The notes under the pieces were generated by a model. That model was not told where the DNA came from and ran no database searches. It saw nothing but the letters and a program-made list of their open reading frames with translations. A program made the position numbers and the translations under genes. A stretch of 64,000 nucleotides of DNA. Origin: Candidatus Tectimicrobiota bacterium (lineage in GTDB: Bacteria > JACPUC01). Each line of letters starts with the position of its first letter. The first letter of the stretch is position 1. The stretch lies in the NCBI GenBank assembly GCA_016192455.1, contig JACPUC010000002.1, forward strand, positions 1 to 64,000, read 5' to 3'. Below are positions 56,056 through 64,000 of the stretch, piece after piece.

Positions 56056-57402
56056 ATGGTCGAGCCATTGCGTGTCGTGCACTACCTCAATCAGTTCTTC
56101 GGGCAGATCGGCGGCGAGGAGAAGGCGGACGCAGCGCCGCGCCTGCACCAGGGCCCGCTCGGACCGGGGCTGCTCCTCCAGGAACGGCTTGGAGAGCGGG
56201 GCAGGGTGGTCGCCACCGTCATCTGCGGCGACAATTACGCGGCGGAGCGTCAGGAGACCGCCGGCGAGGTGCTGGCCCTGCTGCGGGGGCTGGAGTTCGA
56301 CGCCTTTGTGGCGGGTCCCGCGTTCAACGCCGGGCGGTACGGCCTGGCCTGCGGCAGCCTCTGCGCGGCGGTGCGGGAGGCGCGCGGGGTGCCCTGCGTG
56401 ACCGGCATGTTTGCCGAGAACCCAGCGGTGGAGCAGTTCCGCCGCCGCGCCTACATCGTGCGCAGCGGCTCCACGGCGAGGGAGATGGCGCAGGCCATGG
56501 AGGCGGTGACGGCGCTGCTCCTGAAGCTCGCCGCGGCGCCGGACGAGACCGGGGTGCAGGCTGGCGGCCTCGCCGTCTCGCCGGAAGCTGATGGCTACTT
56601 TCCGCAGGGGCGCACGGTGAACGTCGTCGGCGATCGCCTTGCCGCCGCGCGCGCCGTGGAGATGCTCCTCGCCAGAGTGCAGGGGCGGCCGTTCCACACC
56701 GAGATCCCCCTGCCCGCGCCGGGGCGCGTGCCGCCGGCGCCGGCGCTGCGGGAACTGCGCGGCGCCTGTCTGGCGCTGGTGACGGAGGGAGGGCTGGTGC
56801 CGGCGGGCAACCCCGATGGCCTCGTGGGGGCGCGGGCGAGCAGCTATCGCGCTTACAGCATCGCGGGGCTCGGGTCGCTCCGGGCCGGGGCCTACGAGTC
56901 GGTGCACCGCGGCTTCGACACCTCGGCGGTGAACGCCGATCCGAACCGCATCGTGCCGCTCGACGCGGCGCGCCAGCTCGAAGCCGAGGGGGTGTTCGGC
57001 AAGCTCCACGAGACCTACTATGTCACCTCCGGCTGCGCCACCTGGATCGAGAGCAGTCAGGCGATGGCCGCCGGCATTGCCGCGGAGCTGCGCCGAAACG
57101 GCGTGGACGGAGTCATCCTCACCGCGACGTGAGGCACCGGGGTGCGCTGCGGGGCAGCGATGGCACGTGAGCTGGAGCGGCAGGGCATTCCCACGGCGCT
57201 CGTCGCCACCCTCGTCTCCACGGCGCTGACGGTGGGGGCGAACCGCATCGTTGTGGGGACCGGCATCCAGCATCCGCTCGGCAACCCGAAGCTCAGCGCC
57301 GAGGAGGAGCGCCGCCAGCGCCGCAGGCTCCTGGAGTGCGCGCTCCAGAGCCTGACGACGGACCTCCAGGAACAACGGGTCTTCGAGGCCGCGGCGGCCT
57401 GA
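56056..57402 (+). CDS. grdB: Glycine/betaine reductase selenoprotein B-like; in-frame TGA (Sec) at 57130-57132
   Basis: RVVHYLNQFFGQIGGEEKAD, ICGDNY, AGPAFNAGRYG.ACG, LVTEGG.VP.GNPD, NADPNR.VPLD, then VILTAT-TGA-GTGVRCGAAMARELERQGIP...VGANRIV...HPLGNP in the same frame. Confidence 0.92.
57142..57166 (+). promoter_or_regulatory. Candidate SECIS hairpin of grdB
   Basis: CGCTGC-GGG-GCAGCG stem-loop (57145-57159) starting 13 nt after the TGA, extended by GTG/CAC. Confidence 0.65.
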
Positions 57403-57560
57403 GGGGCGGCCGCCCGGCGAAGGCCGGGGTTCGCGGAGTTGCCCCGCGCGGCGCGGCCGGATGCGCTCGGGCGCTGGGGGGCTGGAGCACGTCACGAGAA
57501 CCCTGCGTGAGGCGGCCTCCCCTCCTCGCGCCGTGCAAGGGCAGAAGGAAGCCAGGCGCA

Positions 57561-59132
57561 ATGACTCTCGGAGACCTCCTCCTGGCGAGCGCCCGCAACG
57601 TGCCGCAGAAGACCGCCCTGGTCATGGCAGGGCGCGCGCTCACCTTTGCAAGCTGGAACGAGCGCGCCAACCGCGTGGCCAATGCCCTCCTCGGCCTTGG
57701 GCTGGGGGCGGGCGACCGGGTGTCGATCTACCTGTCGAACTGCCTCGAGTGGGCCGAGGCATACTTCGGCGTGACCAAGAGCGGCGGCATCGTGGCGCCT
57801 GTCAACGCCTGGTTCCGAGAGAAGGAGCTGGGCGTGGTGCTGCGCCATGCGGAGCCCCGCTTTGTCATCACGGAGCGCGCCCTTCTGGGGTATGTGCGCA
57901 AGGTGCGGGAGAACGTCGCCTCCATAGCGCAGGCGGTCATCGTCGACGAGCCGCGCGCCGCCCCACTCACGCGCGGCGAGCTCGACTACCGCGGCCTCCT
58001 CGAGGCCGCCTCGGCCGCCGAGCCCGGGGTGCCGCTCAGCGAGCAGGACGTGCAGGCCATCGTCTACACCTCCGGCACCACGGGGGCGCCGAAGGGTACC
58101 GTCCTGACGCACCTGAACCAGCTCCTAGCCGGCTTCTACATCCTCATGCACGAGTGGGGCCTGCGGCACGAGGACGTCTTCCTGGCCGCCGCCCCCTTCT
58201 GCTTCCGCACCGGCCTGCACCGCCTGCACCTCTGCGCCGGCCTGGGGGGGACGACGCACTACCTCGAGCGCTTCGAAGCGCGGCAGATGCTGAAGGTTGC
58301 CGCCGAGGAGCGGGTGACGGCGCTGGGCGTGGTGCCGACCATGCTCCACAAGCTCCTCGATGTGCTCGAGTCGGAGCCGTACGACCTGCAGGCGCTGCGC
58401 GTCGTCTTCAGCACCTCGGCGCCGCTGCCGCAGGCCGACAAGGAACGCCTGCTGACGCTCTTCCCGCACGTCGAGCTGAACGAGTACTACGCCGCCACCG
58501 AAGGAGGCATCATCAGCAACCTGAAGCCGTGCGATCAACTGCGCAAGCTCAACTGCGTGGGCAAACCGGCCCTGGGCATGCAGGTGCGGCTGCTGGACGA
58601 CATGGGGCGCGACGCGCCGCAGGGCGAGACGGGGGAGATCGCCGTCAGCAGCGGGCCGGGAGGCGGTCCCCTGGTCTTCCGGGAGTACTTCCGCAATCCG
58701 CAGGCCACCGCCGCGGCAATGCGGGGCGACTGGTATTTGTCGGGCGATCTCGGCCGCTTCGACGAGGACGGCTACCTCTATGTCATGGGGCGGAAGAAGG
58801 ACATGATCATCAGCGGCGGGGTGAACATCTTCCCGCGCGACATCGAGGAGCATCTCTGCACGCATCCGAGCGTGCGCGAGGCCGCCGTGGTCGGCGTCCC
58901 CGATGCGCAGTGGGGCGAGATCGTCACGGCGGTGGTGGCCTTGCAGTCCGGGGTGCAGGTGGGCGAGGAGGACCTCATCGCGTACTGCAAGGATGCTCTG
59001 GCCAGCTACAAGAAACCGCGCCGGGTGCTCTTCTGCGAGGAGCTGCCGAAGAACGCCAACGGCAAGATCATGAAGGACGAGCTGCGACAGTCAATCGTCG
59101 GTGCTGCGCGGGCGGAACGCAGGGGCGGGTAG
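57561..59132 (+). CDS. AMP-dependent acyl-CoA synthetase / ligase
   Basis: YTSGTTGAPKG, YAATEGG, SGDLG.FDEDG, GRKKDMIISGG, WGE, LPKNANGK. Confidence 0.93.
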   Translation: MTLGDLLLASARNVPQKTALVMAGRALTFASWNERANRVANALLGLGLGAGDRVSIYLSNCLEWAEAYFGVTKSGGIVAPVNAWFREKELGVVLRHAEPRFVITERALLGYVRKVRENVASIAQAVIVDEPRAAPLTRGELDYRGLLEAASAAEPGVPLSEQDVQAIVYTSGTTGAPKGTVLTHLNQLLAGFYILMHEWGLRHEDVFLAAAPFCFRTGLHRLHLCAGLGGTTHYLERFEARQMLKVAAEERVTALGVVPTMLHKLLDVLESEPYDLQALRVVFSTSAPLPQADKERLLTLFPHVELNEYYAATEGGIISNLKPCDQLRKLNCVGKPALGMQVRLLDDMGRDAPQGETGEIAVSSGPGGGPLVFREYFRNPQATAAAMRGDWYLSGDLGRFDEDGYLYVMGRKKDMIISGGVNIFPRDIEEHLCTHPSVREAAVVGVPDAQWGEIVTAVVALQSGVQVGEEDLIAYCKDALASYKKPRRVLFCEELPKNANGKIMKDELRQSIVGAARAERRGG

Positions 59133-59274
59133 GGGGTGCGCTGGAATCCCCGCCGCGCCGCGTCCCCCATGCGCGCCTCTCTCGCAGCGCTGCCTGGGAG
59201 CCGCGCCGGACCTGCAAACTCAGTGGTGGGAACGAAGGGCGCACGTCTGCCTCCGCCCCCATGGAGGTCTGTTC

Positions 59275-59490
59275 ATGAACGATGTAGAACGCGACTATCT
59301 CCGCTATTCCCTTGACCAGACTATCGAGACGCTCCAGGACATTCGAGAGCGCCTCATCACCGAGGATTACAATGAGGACTACGACATCACCGGGATGGTG
59401 GCGACCGTGAACAGTTTCCGCTGGGAGGTGGAGGCCTTCCTCGAAGAATTCAGCGCCAGCGCCGACGATGCGCAGGATGAAGCTGATTGA
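59275..59490 (+). CDS. Small acidic hypothetical protein (71 aa)
   Basis: GGAGG RBS before ATG; MNDVERDYLRYSLDQTIETLQDIRERL...EEFSASADDAQDEAD. Confidence 0.65.
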   Translation: MNDVERDYLRYSLDQTIETLQDIRERLITEDYNEDYDITGMVATVNSFRWEVEAFLEEFSASADDAQDEAD

Positions 59491-59667
59491 GCGTGGGAGG
59501 GGCGCCCTGACGTGGGGGGGGCCCGGCGTCGCGAGCGGCGTGAAGTCCGCGCGGCGGGCCGATGCGCCGCCGGGGATGCCGCCGCCGCGTGATTGTTGGT
59601 GGTGGGGGTGCGGCGAGGAGGATGTTGCCGGTGTTGCCGACGAACGTTCCAGAGGGGGAGAGCGCAG

Positions 59668-60102
59668 ATGGGTGAGATCGAAGTGCGGCAACGCATCACG
59701 GCGCCGGCGCTGGACGTCTTCAACTTCATCGCTGATGTCACCACTCATCCGCGCTACGCGGAGTTCTGCAAGCGCATCGAGATCACCTCGGCGCAGCGCC
59801 ACGGCGTCGGCGTCACCTTCACCCAGCTTACCGACCACGGCGACGGGGGGCTCTACGAGGTGCGCTCCCGCATCGCCCGCTGGGAGCCTGGCACGCATGT
59901 GAGCTGGGTGAACACGGATGCCCACGGCACGCCGCAGGTGGAGGTGATCTACGATCTCGTCCAGCACGGCGGCGAGGTCGAGGTGATCCACCGCGTCATC
60001 GGACCGATGCTCGACGACGAGGCCCTTCGTCAACGCTCGTACGACGACAATGTGGTTGAGCTCGCCAATTTGAAGCGGCTCCTGGAGCGGGGTGATCGCT
60101 AG
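59668..60102 (+). CDS. SRPBCC/START-superfamily ligand-binding protein (polyketide cyclase/dehydrase-like)
   Basis: I.APALDVFNFIAD...P, GVG.TF, WEPG..VSW, C-terminal helix LANLKRLLE; GGGGGAG RBS. Confidence 0.8.
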   Translation: MGEIEVRQRITAPALDVFNFIADVTTHPRYAEFCKRIEITSAQRHGVGVTFTQLTDHGDGGLYEVRSRIARWEPGTHVSWVNTDAHGTPQVEVIYDLVQHGGEVEVIHRVIGPMLDDEALRQRSYDDNVVELANLKRLLERGDR

Positions 60103-60225
60103 GCGCGTCCTGCCTCCTTCATGGCGCATCGGACCCCTTGCCCCACCATGGTGCGCCCGACGGCGCGAGGGGAGAGAGGTTTAGCCCTCACGCTGTTCTA
60201 ATCATCACGGCGTGGTCCGACGGCC

Positions 60226-60255
60226 TTGACGTAGGAAGCTTTGCGAGAGTACTAT
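60226..60255 (+). promoter_or_regulatory. Putative sigma70 promoter of the UGSC/flavoprotein unit
   Basis: TTGACG-N18-TACTAT. Confidence 0.55.
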
Positions 60256-60439
60256 CGAAGCCTGCCCCGGTCGTGCGCACGGGTACTGCCAGTTCTTCCC
60301 CTGCAGTGCCGTGGATGTGGAAACGCCGCCCCTGAAGATTGGTACGACGAGGTCTGCCGCCGTCGGCCCGCAGCGCCGCGAAGCAGCATTCCCGACTCGT
60401 TGCGCCACGGTTGCACCGTTGCCTCGGAAGGTTGGAAGG

Positions 60440-61462
60440 ATGAGCCAAGCCAGGGGTGTGGCCGCAATCACCGTTGCTTCCCTCGAGGAGGCGCTTGAGA
60501 CCTGTTACGCGCGGGGTTGGACTGATGGTCTGCCCGTGATCCCGCCGACGGAGGGCCGCGTGCAGGGTATGCTTGCGGCGGCGGGGCGCCGGGGCGGCGA
60601 GCTCGTGGCGCACGTCAGCACGCGGCGCTGCAGCATCACCGCGCAGCAAATCGCCGTCAACGCGGTGATGGCGGGCTGCCTGCCGGAGTACTACCCCGTG
60701 GTCGAGACGGCGGTGCGGGCCATCGCCCAGCCGCAGTTTGGCGTGCATGGACCGATCACCAGCACCGCCGGCGCGGCCATCCTGGTGATCGTGCATGGTC
60801 CCATGGCGCGCCGGCTCGGCGTCCGCAGCGGCGGCAACCTCCTGGGGCCCGGGGCGCGCGCCAACGCCACCATCGGCCGGGCCCTGCGCCTGGTGATCCT
60901 CAATGTCCTTGGGGCGCGGGGCGAGCTCGACCGCTCCACGTTCGGCCAGCCGGGGAAGTACACCTCGTGCATTGCCGAGCACGATTCCTCCGGCCCCTGG
61001 CCACCCCTGCACGCCGCCCGCGGGCTGGACCCTGGGTGCAGCGCCGTGACCGTCTTCGCCTGCGAGGCGCAGCACCAGGTGAACGACCACCTGAGCGCCA
61101 CGCCGCAGGGCATCCTCGACACTGTGGCGCGGGTCATGGCCTTGCGCGGGCAGTGTGAGTACCTCCTCGTCTTCGGCGCCGAGCACCTGGCCACGCTGCG
61201 GGCGGCCGGCTGGTCGCGTCAGGATGTGGTGGACTACCTCTGGCGGCAGGCCCGGGCGCCCCTGGCCTACCTGAAGACGCTCATGAAGGTGCCCGGCTCC
61301 ATCGAGCCGGGCGATGGCGAGCAGCTCGTGCGGGTGGTGGAAGAGCCCGGGGACATCATGGTGATGCACGCGGGCGGCGAGGCGGGGCGCTTCTCACTCT
61401 GCTTCTATGGCTGGGCGACGCGCCGGAACTCCCGCGCCGTCACCCTCCCACTCGAGGGGTAA
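60440..61462 (+). CDS. Conserved uncharacterised protein of the family that accompanies UGSC-motif (seleno)proteins
   Basis: GWTDGLPVIPPT, IAVNAVMAGC.PEY, RANATIGRALRL, GQPGKY..CIAE; ends 7 nt before the UGSC gene. Confidence 0.75.
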   Translation: MSQARGVAAITVASLEEALETCYARGWTDGLPVIPPTEGRVQGMLAAAGRRGGELVAHVSTRRCSITAQQIAVNAVMAGCLPEYYPVVETAVRAIAQPQFGVHGPITSTAGAAILVIVHGPMARRLGVRSGGNLLGPGARANATIGRALRLVILNVLGARGELDRSTFGQPGKYTSCIAEHDSSGPWPPLHAARGLDPGCSAVTVFACEAQHQVNDHLSATPQGILDTVARVMALRGQCEYLLVFGAEHLATLRAAGWSRQDVVDYLWRQARAPLAYLKTLMKVPGSIEPGDGEQLVRVVEEPGDIMVMHAGGEAGRFSLCFYGWATRRNSRAVTLPLEG

Positions 61463-61469
61463 TCTGCAC

Positions 61470-62069
61470 ATGGTCCAGCCCTCTGCCGTGGAAGGCGCCT
61501 TTGCGGCGCCGCTCCGCCTCCTGGCGCCGGACGACGTCGGCGAAGCGGAAGCGCTGCCGCTTGCGGCGCGACCGGCGTCGTTCGAGGGGAGGGTGCTTGG
61601 CATCCTCGACAACCGCAAGCACAACTCCGAGCGCCTGCTCCTCGAAGTGGGAGAGCTGCTGCGCCGGCAGTACCGCCTGCGCGATGTCCGCCTGCACAAG
61701 AAGCCGAGCTTCAACGTTGAGGTGAGCCCGGAGCTGCTCCAGGCCATGGTGCAGGAGTGCGACCTGGTGGTCACCGGCATCGGCGACTGAGGGTCGTGCA
61801 GTTCGAGCAGTGTGCTCGACGCCATCCTCTTCGAGCAGGCCGGGGTGCCAAGCGCGGCGATCGTCACCGACGCCTTCGTCCGCACCGGGGCCGCCATTGC
61901 GGCGGCGTGGGGCATGCCCGATTACGGCTTCGCCGTGACCCATCATCCGATCGTGATTCAATCGACTGCGGAACTGGCGCGCTGGGCAACCGAGGTGGTG
62001 CCGCAGGTGCGGGCGATTCTCTCCGGGGAGGCCGCGTCGGGCGGGCGCGAAGGCAACCGAAGGGAGTAG
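61470..62069 (+). CDS. UGSC-motif selenoprotein; in-frame TGA (Sec) at 61788-61790
   Basis: LAARP..FEG..LGILDNRKHNS...CDLVVTGIGD-TGA-GSCSSSSVLDAI.FE.AGVP...TDAF...HHP; the two ORF-track halves are in one frame and give a UxxC motif. Confidence 0.9.
61803..61819 (+). promoter_or_regulatory. Candidate SECIS hairpin of the UGSC gene
   Basis: TCGAGCA-GTG-TGCTCGA perfect 7-bp stem starting 13 nt after the TGA. Confidence 0.65.
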
Positions 62070-62120
62070 GCCGGAGCCGCGGCCGGCCTTGCCAGGCAGG
62101 AGCAGGTCAGGGGAGGGAGC

Positions 62121-63893
62121 ATGCTGCCGAAAGGTGTCGTCGATCAGGAGCTGCGCGTCGATCTCCTCGTCCTCGGCTCTGAGGGGGCCGGCGCCAAGGC
62201 TGCCATTGAAGCGTATGACCTTGGCGTCACCAACAGTGTCATGGTGACGAAGGGGTTCTTCGGCAAGAGCGGCGTGACACTGATGGCGGGCCGTGCCGTG
62301 CAGGCCGCCCTTGGCCATATGGACCCCCATGACAACCCCGAGGTGCACCTGAAAGACACCGTGGAGGTCGGAGGGTACCTGACCAACCAGAAGCTCTCCG
62401 AGCGGCTCGTCACCCTGGCGCTCACCGAGATTCCGAAGCTGGAGACCTGGGGCGCCCGCTTCCAGAAAGAGGGAGACAAGTTCTTCCAGATCCAGTTGCC
62501 CGGCGCCTCCTATCCGCGCTCCTGCACCTCCGCCGTGCAGCAGGGCGGCCTCGAGTGGCGGCGCGCTTACAAGGCGCAGGCGCGCAAACGGCGCCTGCGG
62601 GTGCTGGAGAACGTCTTCGTCACCTCCCTGATGACGAAGGGGGGCCGCGTCTGCGGCGCCACCGCGGTCAACCTCGCCGACGGCCAGTTCTACCTCCTGC
62701 GCGCCAAGGCCGTGGTGCTGGCCTGCGGCGGCGCGACGCAGCTCTTCCCCCATACCGACGCCGCGCTGGAGGCCACCGGCGACGGCATGGCGCTCGCCTA
62801 CCGCGCCGGCTGCGACCTGGTGGACATGGAGTTCCACATGTTCTTCCCGTTCGGCGTGCTCTGGCCGACGGGCTTCCAGGGCCAAATCTGGCCGGCGGAC
62901 TTCCGCTACCGGCTGCGCGCCAAGTTCTACAACAACCTCGGCGAGGAATTCCTCCTGCGCTACCAGCCGGAGTGGGGCAACTGGGGGCTGCGCGACCCGA
63001 CCTCGCAGGCGATCTACCTCGAGAACCTCTACGGGCGCGGCTCGCCGCACGGTGGCGCCTACCTGTCGATCAACCACCTGCCGCGGAACATGATCGACAA
63101 CTTCATCGCCAAGTTCCACCGCAACCGCAAGAAGTGGTACTGGACGAAGCTGCAGCAGCTTGGCGTGGACCTGCGCACTGATGCCATCGAGGTGGGGCCG
63201 GTCTCCCACTACACCATGGGCGGTGTGCGCGTGGATGAGTGCTGCCGCACCACGCTGCAAGGCCTCTTCGCTGCCGGCGAGGTGGCGGGAGGGATGGACG
63301 GTGCCGAGCGCCTCGACGGCGGCCCGGCGATCACCTGGACCCAGACCATGGGACTAATCTGCGCCCAGGAGAGTGCCGCCCACCTGCAAGGCGCCGAGCT
63401 GCCGGAGATTGATGCGCAGCAGGTGCGGGAGGCCCGCGAGCGGGCCTACCAGCCGCTGGCGCGCTCCGAAGGTCCGCGAGGTTACGAGGCGAAGCGGCTC
63501 GTCAAACAGCTCATGGGCGCCGCCTGCACCTTCGTGCGCGACGAGGCGCGCCTGCGGGAGGGCTTGGCGCGGCTGGCGCGCCTGCGGGAAGAGGTGCTGC
63601 CGCGGCTCTCCGCCAATCCGACGCGCCGCTACAACCGGGACTGGGTGCACGCCCTTGAGGCGCAGAACCTTGCCGATGTTGCCGAGCTGGTGCTGCATGC
63701 GGCGCTCACCCGGCGCGAGAGCCGCAAGGCGCATTTCCGCTCGGACTTCCCGAAGGAAGACCCGGCGTGGATCAAGAACGTCATCCTGCGGCGGGGGGGA
63801 GATGGGCGGCTGGAGGTCCAGATCGTCGATCCGGTGATGACGAAAGTGTTTCCCCCGGTGACCACTCCGTCCGGCCGCGATGGTTCAGCATGA
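62121..63893 (+). CDS. FAD-dependent oxidoreductase, SdhA/FrdA/NadB/AprA superfamily flavoprotein subunit
   Basis: DLLVLGSEGAG, AKAVVLACGG, TGDGMALAYRAG, HYTMGG, GLFAAGE, RRESRKAHFRSDFP. Confidence 0.88.
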   Translation: MLPKGVVDQELRVDLLVLGSEGAGAKAAIEAYDLGVTNSVMVTKGFFGKSGVTLMAGRAVQAALGHMDPHDNPEVHLKDTVEVGGYLTNQKLSERLVTLALTEIPKLETWGARFQKEGDKFFQIQLPGASYPRSCTSAVQQGGLEWRRAYKAQARKRRLRVLENVFVTSLMTKGGRVCGATAVNLADGQFYLLRAKAVVLACGGATQLFPHTDAALEATGDGMALAYRAGCDLVDMEFHMFFPFGVLWPTGFQGQIWPADFRYRLRAKFYNNLGEEFLLRYQPEWGNWGLRDPTSQAIYLENLYGRGSPHGGAYLSINHLPRNMIDNFIAKFHRNRKKWYWTKLQQLGVDLRTDAIEVGPVSHYTMGGVRVDECCRTTLQGLFAAGEVAGGMDGAERLDGGPAITWTQTMGLICAQESAAHLQGAELPEIDAQQVREARERAYQPLARSEGPRGYEAKRLVKQLMGAACTFVRDEARLREGLARLARLREEVLPRLSANPTRRYNRDWVHALEAQNLADVAELVLHAALTRRESRKAHFRSDFPKEDPAWIKNVILRRGGDGRLEVQIVDPVMTKVFPPVTTPSGRDGSA

Positions 63894-63914
63894 GAACCGC
63901 CAGAGGGCGATGAG

Positions 63915-64000
63915 ATGATGGGGAAGATGGGGAAAGAATCAGCTCGCAGCTCCAGTTCTGAAGGCACGGTCGAAGTGTTTCGTTTCGATCCCAAGGTCGA
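63915..64000 (+). CDS. Probable SdhB/FrdB-type iron-sulfur subunit, 5' fragment
   Basis: Frame reads ...GTVEVFRFDPKV directly after the flavoprotein, typical of SdhB/FrdB N-termini; truncated by the window end. Confidence 0.6.
   Translation, partial: MMGKMGKESARSSSSEGTVEVFRFDPKV

Noticed and set aside
40736-62069. Pseudogene or genome-wide TGA-reassignment explanation for the three in-frame TGAs
   Set aside because: Each TGA falls on a catalytic Cys/Sec codon with intact flanks, while TGA acts as a normal stop in many genes here (tkt, zwf, secA, uvrB)
62121-63893. Assignment as sdhA, frdA or nadB
   Set aside because: The covalent-FAD His and the QFHPT His are missing, so only a superfamily call is supportable

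Overview
High-GC (roughly two-thirds G+C by eye) bacterial chromosomal window, probably from an uncultured lineage; I cannot assign taxonomy from the sequence alone. Gene order: O-methyltransferase and a split nitrile/thiocyanate hydratase pair; a membrane-TPR protein; a pentose-phosphate operon (tkt, rpiB-tal-pgi triple fusion, gnd, zwf, glk); M23 peptidase-secA-C-N hydrolase; a minus-strand run (GHMP kinase, miaB, DUF151, leuA, etfBA, an AT-rich inserted gene, a PaaA-like diiron protein, B12-binding domain, thiolase-like protein, OB-fold protein, meaB); acpS-uvrB-uvrC; a PEP-utilising phosphotransferase; a peroxiredoxin; FlhG-like ATPase and GGDEF protein; an SDR; hisZ-like-hisG-hisS; an O-antigen ligase-like protein; a CoxL/XDH-type Mo subunit; and an accessory redox cluster at 54.6-64 kb. 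The main hidden signal is three genes that the ORF track splits at an in-frame TGA located at a catalytic Cys/Sec position, each followed by a hairpin: a peroxiredoxin (TGA 41054-41056, minus strand), a GrdB-like protein (57130-57132) and a UGSC-motif protein (61788-61790). All three are best read as selenoproteins. The last two align without gaps around the Sec and share a locus with a GrdE-like subunit that lacks the pyruvoyl-forming Cys, an acyl-CoA ligase, an SRPBCC protein and a divergent SdhA/FrdA-family flavoprotein plus Fe-S subunit. No grdA/C/D is in the window. This suggests a non-canonical selenium-dependent reductive pathway; its function is inference only. I saw no rRNA, tRNA, CRISPR array or transposase. 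Start codons were chosen by eye from RBS and family context.
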